Assembly: GCA_963667715.1 (NCBI GenBank)
Contig: OY763926.1
Coordinates: forward strand, 2,138,201 to 2,202,200
Direction of reading: 5' to 3'
DNA: 64,000 bases
DNA from: Sedimentisphaerales bacterium
Lineage (GTDB): Bacteria; Planctomycetota; Phycisphaerae; Sedimentisphaerales; SM23-30
Shown here: piece by piece, positions 30,117-37,783 of the stretch
How positions within the stretch are numbered: the first letter of the stretch is position 1
How the letters are laid out: every line of letters starts with the position of its first letter
Made by a program: the position numbers and the translations under genes
Notes under the pieces: model-generated
What the model was told of the DNA's origin: nothing
Database searches by the model: none
Seen by the model: only the letters and a program-made list of their open reading frames with translations

Positions 30117-30145
30117 AATATAGCTAGTTTTATCGGACTTTTCAA
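30117..30145 (-). promoter_or_regulatory. Sigma-70-like promoter TTGAAA-17 nt-TATATT (minus strand)
   Basis: The minus strand reads TTGAAA (30145-30140), a 17-nt spacer agtccgataaaactagc, and TATATT (30122-30117). The predicted start is near 30110. Confidence 0.4.
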
Positions 30146-30300
30146 GTTAATTTTGTAAAAAAGTGTAACAATGTAAAGCCTTGTTTTTCAATATATTATC
30201 GAATTTAACCTAAAATTAACGGGCCGACCATTCTTGGTTTAGTGTCCGGGATTATAATTTCTTCGGCATATTTACTATAGTTTAGGTTAGGTGGGCCCAG

Positions 30301-31227
30301 CTACTTCACCTTTATAAGATTATGAATTCTCGCAAAGTGGATCTTATAGCTGTTCCAATATCCCCAGGCAATTCCCAGGCTGCCAAACACCATGAAGGTA
30401 ATTGGCAATACTGTCTGAGCTGTGTTTTTTGGTGGTACCAATACCGGACTCACTCCAATAGATGCCAGGCTATCCCATATTGAGCTGCCACCGAACAGGT
30501 AAAAATATCCTGCTACAATAATTGGTACTGGCAGGTACGCTTTGCCCGTAGTACGAAAATATTGATGGCTTGCCATTACTGCCAGGAAAAACGCTGCTGT
30601 TACCGCAAATGCCTGCTGGCCAATAGAAACCGCTGTTGATAGTACGATTGTACTTCCTGCCGAAGACAAATATGACAGGTCACCCTTGCACAAATATGGT
30701 AATATTATTATAGCTATCAGACTTGTAGCAAAAGTGGCTGTTGCACATTTGGGGAATGTCACGTCAAACTTGACCTTATCAGCTATCTCGCTTACTTGCT
30801 GTTCCTTCTTTTTGACCATTTTGCCAAGTATTACAACTACCGCCAGACTCACTAAGATTGGAATATACCATAGTATCGCATCTACAAACATTAGTTTGAA
30901 CATATGCGATCTCGCCGCCTGCCCTTGATTGGCTACCAATAGATTATTAAGGTTATCTGAGTACACCGCCGGCAATGCAAGTACAAATGGGCCTGCCAGG
31001 GGGGCTATGTATCTTGTATTCTTACCTCCCAGGAAAAATGCCGCTGCTGCCGCTGCCGCCGCTGCTATTGTATACGTTAATATTGCCCCGTAACTGCCGG
31101 AAAATACAATGTTTATCGGCGTACCGCAATTATTGAACTGAAATCTCGAATTGATCGCCCAGCTTATTACGATTGCCAGTAGAATTATTGCCGTTATTCT
31201 TATTTTTGTTAGTATGTGTAATTTCAT
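30301..31227 (-). CDS. Polytopic membrane protein of unknown function
   Basis: 308 aa, strongly hydrophobic with about 8-9 predicted TM stretches and an Ala9 run. I recognise no family motif. Confidence 0.65.
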   Translation of the reverse strand: MKLHILTKIRITAIILLAIVISWAINSRFQFNNCGTPINIVFSGSYGAILTYTIAAAAAAAAAFFLGGKNTRYIAPLAGPFVLALPAVYSDNLNNLLVANQGQAARSHMFKLMFVDAILWYIPILVSLAVVVILGKMVKKKEQQVSEIADKVKFDVTFPKCATATFATSLIAIIILPYLCKGDLSYLSSAGSTIVLSTAVSIGQQAFAVTAAFFLAVMASHQYFRTTGKAYLPVPIIVAGYFYLFGGSSIWDSLASIGVSPVLVPPKNTAQTVLPITFMVFGSLGIAWGYWNSYKIHFARIHNLIKVK

Positions 31228-31391
31228 GCTTTATAGAATAATCTTTCCACCTTGTTTAGGCAAGTTATTTGTATCTGAATGTTTATACTCCAATTATCAA
31301 CTGCTCAGACTTGATTTTTAGCCTCTATTTGGTTTTAATGTATATCCTTATATTTGGTTACATACAATATTATAAATGATAGTGGTTTTTT

Positions 31392-31886
31392 ATGGATAAG
31401 ATCGAAAAAGTAGAGAGCATCTCACAGATTAACAGTGTCGCTGAACTTGCTAAAAAAATATGGCAGGAGCATTATACTCCTATCATTGGCCCCGAGCAGG
31501 TCAGCTATATGGTTGATAAGTATCAGTCTGCACCCGCTATTACCGAACAAATGGTTAACGGCTATCAATATTTTCTTGTCGTTGAGCAGGGCGAATACGC
31601 CGGCTATTTCTCCATAAGATTCGACCCTGACCAGCTATTTCTTAGTAAGTATTATATCGACTCTGCTTTCAGAGGCAGGGGCCTTGGCAGGGTTGCCATG
31701 GACTATATTGAGATGACGGCTCGCAACCATCATCTCAAGAGTATCTACCTTACCGTCAATAAGCACAACTCAAACTCTATTGCCATATACAAAAAGCTCG
31801 GATTCGAAATTATCGAAAGTCTCGTCAGTGATATCGGCAATGGTTTTGTTATGGACGATTATAAGCTCCAGAAATTAGTCCAATGA
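31392..31886 (+). CDS. GNAT-family N-acetyltransferase
   Basis: 164 aa. The acetyl-CoA binding motif context is YIDSAFRGRGLGRVAMDYIE, and the protein ends with NSNSIAIYKKLGFEI. Confidence 0.85.
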   Translation: MDKIEKVESISQINSVAELAKKIWQEHYTPIIGPEQVSYMVDKYQSAPAITEQMVNGYQYFLVVEQGEYAGYFSIRFDPDQLFLSKYYIDSAFRGRGLGRVAMDYIEMTARNHHLKSIYLTVNKHNSNSIAIYKKLGFEIIESLVSDIGNGFVMDDYKLQKLVQ

Positions 31887-32867
31887 CGGTGATTTCATCT
31901 CAAAGGTTGCATATTTACCTAGCTCCTGAACTCCATTGTTCTCCAGCCAGTTGCGACCCTTAACATCATCACACAGCCAGCCATCCCAAAATGCTAGTGA
32001 ATATTCCTGTATATACCGCTGGATCTTCTTGTCTCGCCCGCGATTGAATATAAGTGGCAGTCGACCGGTAAACACCATGTGGTCGCCGCCCTGGAAGTTT
32101 ATCAGGTATTGCTGCGACTTATCAGCAAAGTCAAACGGCACACGTCTCGCTGCCGCAAATGTCTCACCGACCGGACTATCGTCTTTCGTTCCCGTCATAT
32201 GCATACATGGTATGGTTATCCCGCTAAAAGCTCGTCTCTTCTGTTCGTCTGTCTTTTCAGTCACCGGCGTACTCATCGGTACAACAGCCTTGATACGACT
32301 GTCTGTCAGCGATATATTTGGCAGCATACCCTTTGTCACACAGGCCAGAGTAGTATGAGCACCAAATGAATGCCCCGATAATCCCAGCCGGGACATATCA
32401 AGTTTCCCTTTTAGCTTAACATCGCTAATATTTAGCTCTTCAAGCTTATCGATCGAAAAACGAACGTCAAAAACTCTGTTCAGGGCACTTACTGCATTAG
32501 CTGCCGCTTTCAAATCGCTCCACGCTTTCATAGGCCCTTTATTCTTCCACACATTACTGTCACTGCCGGGATGCTGAATATGCACGCTCACATACCCGCA
32601 GCTGGCCCAATATTGGCCAAGAAACGCATAATGTTCACAGCTGCCACCCAGACCATGTGAAAATATTATCACCGGAAACGGCCCGCTGCCAACTGGACAA
32701 TATATCCGCACCGGAAAACTCCGACCACGCGATTTATCCAGCCATTGATCGTTAATCGTTGTTATCTCGTAGGTTGGCTCATGTTGATATCTGGTATTTA
32801 ACGTTTCTGCACCCCAGGCAAAGGCGCAGCTGCACAATAAGGCTGCCATGATCATAGCTCTCATCAT
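31875..32867 (-). CDS. Secreted alpha/beta hydrolase (dienelactone hydrolase / PAF-acetylhydrolase-like)
   Basis: 330 aa. The signal peptide-like start is MMRAMIMAALLCSCAFAWG. The nucleophile elbow is GLSGHSFGA, and an oxyanion-region segment reads VIIFSHGLGGS. Its 3' end overlaps the GNAT gene by 12 nt (convergent). Confidence 0.8.
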   Translation of the reverse strand: MMRAMIMAALLCSCAFAWGAETLNTRYQHEPTYEITTINDQWLDKSRGRSFPVRIYCPVGSGPFPVIIFSHGLGGSCEHYAFLGQYWASCGYVSVHIQHPGSDSNVWKNKGPMKAWSDLKAAANAVSALNRVFDVRFSIDKLEELNISDVKLKGKLDMSRLGLSGHSFGAHTTLACVTKGMLPNISLTDSRIKAVVPMSTPVTEKTDEQKRRAFSGITIPCMHMTGTKDDSPVGETFAAARRVPFDFADKSQQYLINFQGGDHMVFTGRLPLIFNRGRDKKIQRYIQEYSLAFWDGWLCDDVKGRNWLENNGVQELGKYATFEMKSPSLD

Positions 32868-33049
32868 TCTTACTCCATTTTCCCTCTTGAAGGTTGGGCA
32901 AGCTGTTTAAATTGTCGAAAATTGTTAGCAGTGTCAGCAAGCCATCTAGCAACCGCCAGAATAACCCGCATATACAAAACTAATACCAGCAAAATAAATA
33001 ATAGTTACAAAAAAATTACTAATACGTTAAGTTTTTTTATCTATTGCAC

Positions 33050-33553
33050 TTATGCTTTCTTAAAAAATGCTTCATTGAAATAAGATTTTGGAAGTTTCTC
33101 TATCAGTGTTTTTTCTGCTGTTTCGGCTCTCTCGTTAATCGTTTTAGAAAGATATGTGGTATGGTTAATGATTTTGTCTCTACGATCTTTTGGTAATCTT
33201 GGGAACCTGTCGTGGTTAATCGTTTCTACGCAAGTAGCAAAGTCTGTAACTGCATTAAAAAAATGCTGAACTTGATATATTACTTCAGCTGGGAATTTGT
33301 ATTTCTCTAATTCTATTTTGTGAAGTATGTTTACATCACTAGAATGGGCGATCATAACACAGCCATTATCAGCATGTTTTTTGATAGTATCCCAATCAAT
33401 ATCTTGTCCACAATGCCCAGAAACAACTTCCTTTATCTCGACCATGATTAGCACTGCCACACTCTTCCTCTGCATCCGAAAATCAACATGCCTTTGAAAC
33501 ATGGTATAAATAAAACCCATAGTAACAGTTATTAAGCTTATTATTAACGCCAA
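33050..33553 (-). CDS. Hypothetical protein with an N-terminal TM helix
   Basis: 167-aa ORF with no competing ORF and no recognisable motif. Confidence 0.45.
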   Translation of the reverse strand: MALIISLITVTMGFIYTMFQRHVDFRMQRKSVAVLIMVEIKEVVSGHCGQDIDWDTIKKHADNGCVMIAHSSDVNILHKIELEKYKFPAEVIYQVQHFFNAVTDFATCVETINHDRFPRLPKDRRDKIINHTTYLSKTINERAETAEKTLIEKLPKSYFNEAFFKKA

Positions 33554-33876
33554 CGGACTTCTCCTTACAACATAAATCAGATAATAAACAAATAATCGAA
33601 AACGAACCCCATATATTTAACCATCAGCCTCCCGCAAATTCAAACTAAAATATTAGTCTCCCTCAAATCCCCCCCATATACACCAATTACTCACTCCGCA
33701 ATGGTCTGTGCATGTCCGTGTTCGTCCTTCCCCGAAATACGGCCCCCATAAATCCTATCGAAAATATTCCCCCTTACCTACTAATCCCTGCAATAACTAT
33801 TCTTAATGTTATCATCTCAAACCAAATCAAAATCGCCAACCAACTCTTTGCGACTTTGCGTCCTAGCGTTAAACTT

Positions 33877-34245
33877 TTAATTCTTTCTGTTTTCCAACCC
33901 ATTTATCAGCCCGGAGATCATTTTGGAGATTTCTTCAAGCTGTGATTTCATCTCTTTATGTTCTAAATCTGATATCAACTTTTTACGTTTAACGATTTCC
34001 AGTATCGGAATACATTCCTGGGTTGAGCCGCGAGCGATAATGAAGAAGTGTTTGCGATCGGCTTTCGTGAAACGGCCGTTTCCTTCAGCTATGTTTAGAG
34101 ATATTGATAATGAAGCCCTGTTGAGCTGATCTGATAAGAAATAATATCCTTTCGGGAATTGCTCGGTAATGGACATCATTTGCTCGACAAAATCAACAGC
34201 TTTCTGATAGACCTTGAGATTTTCAAACATGAATGGCACGAACAC
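33877..34245 (-). CDS. Four-helix-bundle protein (23S rRNA intervening-sequence protein family)
   Basis: ENLKVYQKAVDFVEQM...LNIAEGNGRFTKADRKHFFIIARGSTQECIPILEI matches the hallmark pattern of this family. The start may be the internal ATG at 34230. Confidence 0.8.
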   Translation of the reverse strand: MFVPFMFENLKVYQKAVDFVEQMMSITEQFPKGYYFLSDQLNRASLSISLNIAEGNGRFTKADRKHFFIIARGSTQECIPILEIVKRKKLISDLEHKEMKSQLEEISKMISGLINGLENRKN

Positions 34246-34470
34246 ACCGTGATTAGGAATTAGAGTATTTGAACAGTTGATGAAGATTTGCTTATCTACA
34301 GATCAACGGCTCGGTTATCATACTGTTCTTATTTGAGCATGAGATCAGTAGAACAGAAGACCGCAGGAGGTCTAATTCGTATGTGAGTTCAGTATCGCCA
34401 CCGGCTATTATTCTACTGCTCAACGGTTCTAATCGGTCACCTGCTCTGATTTTTTCAGTAAAGCTGAAAA

Positions 34471-34520
34471 AATCGGGCTGACAGGATTTGAACCTGCGAC
34501 CTTTTGACCCCCAGTCAAAC
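34471..34520 (-). repeat. att-type direct repeat: displaced 3' portion of tRNA-Pro (anticodon stem to 3' end, plus 2 nt)
   Basis: The 50 bp are identical to 51157-51206 except for one position (t at 34489 versus c at 51175, in the T-loop). Similarity stops abruptly at both edges. Confidence 0.9.
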
Positions 34521-34555
34521 TCATTTACCCTATATTTATGCCAAAAACGCAATAG

Positions 34556-34577
34556 TCGAAATCTTTTTCGAAATCTT
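34556..34577 (+). repeat. Tandem TCGAAATCTT x2 with 12-bp phasing (candidate integrase arm-type sites)
   Basis: tcgaaatctt occurs at 34556-34565 and 34568-34577. A further gtcgaaat overlaps the integrase start (34649-34656). A related pair lies at the other island end (51065-51086). Confidence 0.5.
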
Positions 34578-34656
34578 ATCCTTGTTTTTCGCTGAAAAAT
34601 AGCTATAATAAGTTATTGGAGTACGATTATTATAGTTTAAAATAAGGTGTGTCGAA

Positions 34657-36408
34657 ATGGCAAAAAGAACCGAACCCAGATATGGTATCACAAAAGTTAA
34701 AACCGAGAATGGTCAAAATGTGAAATTGGTTAATGACTATAAGCAAAGACCGATTATGGATTTGATTTTTCAGCCATCTACCTACTACTATTTGCATAAG
34801 CGATGGAAAAATTTAAAAGCGAATGGCTACCCCAAAAACAAGTGGCACTATGGTTCCAACTTCGATATCGCCATAAAAGAGTTCAGATTAGTAGAAGCAG
34901 AATTAAGAAACAAAGATAACACATATATGCGGATTCCATATGATAGTATCAGAGAGATCGGGGAGGTCGGGGAGATAACCGAAAATAAGAGCAATGAGCA
35001 CTTTTCATCAGAATTGGCGTTAAGTTTTGCAATTCCATCTATAAATGAAACGTTAAAAATAGATAAAAATGCTCTTCTAGATATCGAATTTGTCGGTTTT
35101 TTGGAAGGAGCGAGAGAACATTTTTTGACAGCTTGTAAAAATGGCGATATAAAACCTGATGACTATGCCCCTTTATATCAATACTACAAAGAACAGGGGG
35201 CTATCATAGATGGCTTCCAGATGAACGAATCAGTCTTATATTCGTTAGTTAGAAATCTGTTAATTAATGACACCGACATGATAGCAGACAAGACAGGGCT
35301 ACCCTGCCTAAAGACCTTCCATGAACAACTAAGACAATATAAGGAGCCTTTGCCATTACTTTATACTGAGGTTCTTGAGACTTATATAGCTCAAGCGACT
35401 TGTGATGCTGGTACTAAGAACAGGGCGGTGAGATACTTTGAGAGATTTGTTGAAATTGTCGGAAAAAAGGACATGTCAAAAATCGATAAAAACGATGTCG
35501 CAAAATTCAAGAATTATCTGGATTCTCTTGTAAATTCAAGAAGCGGTAAAAAAGCATCAAACGTATCTTTGAACGCCTTTTCCAAAGATGTTAAAACAGT
35601 TCTTAATGCCTATGTAAATGAAGAAGATAGCAGCAAAGTAGAAGCGGCGCGGAATCTCGCAGAATTGATTAAAGATGGCATAGAAAGGAAGCAGACAAAG
35701 CCGAATAAAGTTCAAAAATGGGATGCTCACGCTCTATATGAGCTTTTCAATTTACCCCAAATTAAAAATGATAAGGTACTTAAATTGATGTTTTTGTTGA
35801 CTCTTAATTGCGGATGGAATTCTGTTGATGTGGCTAATTTTTCTAGGTCAGATGACAAAGAATCAAAGCATATATATCGAATAAAAGAACCGAATCCTAA
35901 CTTTAGCTATGGTTTAGAAGAAAATGAGACTAATAATAGATACCTAAAAGAACATATAATGATTGATTTTCCGCGTATAAAAATGAAATGCGTATATGAC
36001 AGACAATGTATTTTGTGGGAAAAGACAGCTGATTTGCTGGACGAATATTTAAAAGAAACTGCTGAGCTAAAAAGCGATTTTGTCTTTGTGAATCCTAAAA
36101 CAAAAACTAAATATTCCGACCAATATCTTTCTTGTAAATTCGGAGATTTTTTTGACAAGAAAAAATTAAATATGCCCAAAATTAAATTAGCTAATGACAG
36201 GAATGCCCTATTCAAACACCTGCGTTCAACACTATCTACTATCGCGCACGAGAACAGAGTGCAATATCTTGTAATAGACTTGTTTCTTGGACATTCTTTG
36301 AGAAAAGCAGGGGAGATTGGTTCTTATGTGGGCAATCTAGAAAAGGCACTCCATGAGATTGCCGATGGCGGCTACAATGATCTTAAGAATGTAATTGATA
36401 CGCTGTAG
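34657..36408 (+). CDS. Tyrosine-type site-specific integrase (long form)
   Basis: 583 aa. The C-terminal catalytic signature is LFKHLRSTLSTIA...DLFLGHSLRKAGEIGSYV (HxxR ... LGH ... Y). The gene sits next to the att repeat. Confidence 0.8.
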   Translation: MAKRTEPRYGITKVKTENGQNVKLVNDYKQRPIMDLIFQPSTYYYLHKRWKNLKANGYPKNKWHYGSNFDIAIKEFRLVEAELRNKDNTYMRIPYDSIREIGEVGEITENKSNEHFSSELALSFAIPSINETLKIDKNALLDIEFVGFLEGAREHFLTACKNGDIKPDDYAPLYQYYKEQGAIIDGFQMNESVLYSLVRNLLINDTDMIADKTGLPCLKTFHEQLRQYKEPLPLLYTEVLETYIAQATCDAGTKNRAVRYFERFVEIVGKKDMSKIDKNDVAKFKNYLDSLVNSRSGKKASNVSLNAFSKDVKTVLNAYVNEEDSSKVEAARNLAELIKDGIERKQTKPNKVQKWDAHALYELFNLPQIKNDKVLKLMFLLTLNCGWNSVDVANFSRSDDKESKHIYRIKEPNPNFSYGLEENETNNRYLKEHIMIDFPRIKMKCVYDRQCILWEKTADLLDEYLKETAELKSDFVFVNPKTKTKYSDQYLSCKFGDFFDKKKLNMPKIKLANDRNALFKHLRSTLSTIAHENRVQYLVIDLFLGHSLRKAGEIGSYVGNLEKALHEIADGGYNDLKNVIDTL

Positions 36409-36673
36409 TTTGGATTTGACAACTAATGCCTGGCTCTTAGTTGTTTTGCTAAAAATGTGTATTTCACCCTATTCCAGCAATATAATTTTAATTATAAGAT
36501 TTTGTTTCTCGTCTTTCTGGCAAGATTCTACGCTGTATTTAGGATTATTATCTATGTATTTTAATATCTTATTTTTAACATATTCCTGTTTATTATTCTG
36601 TTCTATATTTTCTGTTATTGCCATTTTTGCAACTCATTATCTTGGAGATATTTGGACAAATTATAAAATAATT

Positions 36674-37273
36674 CTATTGGTGTTTTCTAATAATAGAATA
36701 TATAGTTGGTATAGAAATACCGACAGTTCGGCTAATTTCAGCTTTTGAGAGTCCTTGTTGTAGTAATGCCAGAACAGGTTTTATCTTGCAAGCTGTTTTA
36801 GGTTTTACCCCTTTTTTGCTTCCTCCCCATATCTTCCCTCTCGCCTTTGCAGCAGCTTGTCCGGATGTCACTCTTTCAGCTCTAATTTCTGTTTCATACG
36901 CAGATACTGAGGCGATTATGTTGGCATTCAATCGTCCGGCAGGGGTGCTCAAATCCAAATGGTCTTTAAGGCTGATTAGATTACACTGGAAATGTTGAAG
37001 TTCTTCGAAAAGCTTAGTTAGCCCTGATGCTGTTCTGCCTAAGCGATCCAGACGATATATAACAATCTGGTCTATTTTAGAATTACGCAGATCTTCCAAA
37101 AGTTTTGACATTGCGGGTCTATCCATACTTTTACCAGTAAACTTGTCTTTATACCATTTTACATTATGCGGTTGATGGGTATCAATCCATCTAGTCAATT
37201 CATCTTCCTGGCTGTCAAGTTTCTGCTGAATTGTGGAGATACGACAATATATTGCTGTTATTTTCTTACTCAT
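36674..37273 (-). CDS. Serine recombinase (resolvase/invertase family)
   Basis: 199 aa. The N-terminal catalytic motif is AIYCRISTIQQ, followed by VIYRLDRLGRT. The C-terminal HTH is LSKAEISRTVGISIPTIYSII. Confidence 0.9.
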   Translation of the reverse strand: MSKKITAIYCRISTIQQKLDSQEDELTRWIDTHQPHNVKWYKDKFTGKSMDRPAMSKLLEDLRNSKIDQIVIYRLDRLGRTASGLTKLFEELQHFQCNLISLKDHLDLSTPAGRLNANIIASVSAYETEIRAERVTSGQAAAKARGKIWGGSKKGVKPKTACKIKPVLALLQQGLSKAEISRTVGISIPTIYSIIRKHQ

Positions 37274-37783
37274 AGCTCTACCTCGAATCGATAAAAATCA
37301 TCTTTACTTCATTTTTTATGCTTTACGTTATTAAAAAGCGGGGTTTATGCTTCAAAATGGCATGTTAGCAAACCAATATTCATTTTTTATGGTTTTATAG
37401 TGTTTTACAGTGTTAGTTTGTTTCAAGTTTAGATTTCAAGCCGAAAACCATTAATATTAATTGTAGTCAAAAAAGTGGAAATTAATAGTAAATAAACAAA
37501 AAACTATACAAGAAAGTATATTTAATGTTAGCTTGTGTCAAATGTGGAATTTTTCTATACTTTATGCCAAATATGTAACTTATCTCTATTGGTCGATGAA
37601 TCTGTTTAATGCAGCTAGATTTTTCCCAAAATAATAATAAAAATAATATTTATTCTTGGTATTTGATGATAATTATATTGAAATATGTCTTTGACTTAAG
37701 TGTTGCAAATAGTTATTATAGATATTTGTTCTAACTATTTATTATAAGGGATTTTATATTGATTTTCAAGGCGTAATAATGAT

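Noticed and set aside
31039-31065. An imperfect (GCN)9 trinucleotide run encoding Ala9 in the membrane protein, considered as a possible slipped-strand phase-variation tract.
   Set aside because: The repeat is imperfect (mixed gcc/gct/gca). It is in-frame, so a length change would not switch the gene off. It lies within a hydrophobic TM-like context, where poly-Ala is unremarkable.
33554-33876. A C-rich (plus-strand) non-coding stretch with ctccc/cccccc runs between two minus-strand genes.
   Set aside because: It has no repeat structure, no ORF and no recognisable RNA motif. It probably contains the promoter and 5' UTR of the downstream hypothetical gene or degraded sequence. The overlapping 77-aa plus-strand ORF (33712-33945) collides with the four-helix-bundle gene and looks spurious.
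34300-34470. An imperfect direct repeat (tctacagatcaacggctcggttatca at 34305-34330 versus tctactgctcaacggttctaatcggtca at 34422-34449) and small hairpins (ctgttct/agaacag, gacc/ggtc) between the four-helix-bundle gene and the orphan tRNA half.
   Set aside because: The similarity is modest. There is no flanking promoter or terminator and I recognise no motif. It could be a remnant of an older integration event or chance. It is worth an Rfam scan but is not supportable as a feature.
34292-34552. 86-aa minus-strand ORF (…FDWGSKGRRFKSCQPDFF…) and its look-alike at 50978-51217 (…FDWGSKGRRFESCQPDCIS…).
   Set aside because: The shared peptide is simply the translation of the tRNA-Pro 3' half and its orphan copy (the att repeats). 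The similarity ends where the tRNA sequence ends. These are not protein-coding.
36395-36748. A 117-aa plus-strand ORF after the integrase (Leu/Phe/Ile/Ser-rich).
   Set aside because: It has the composition of translated AT-rich spacer, it overlaps the 3' end of the serine recombinase gene, and it has no motif. ORFs 46429-46620 and 47040-47327 in the ori-like region were rejected for the same reason.
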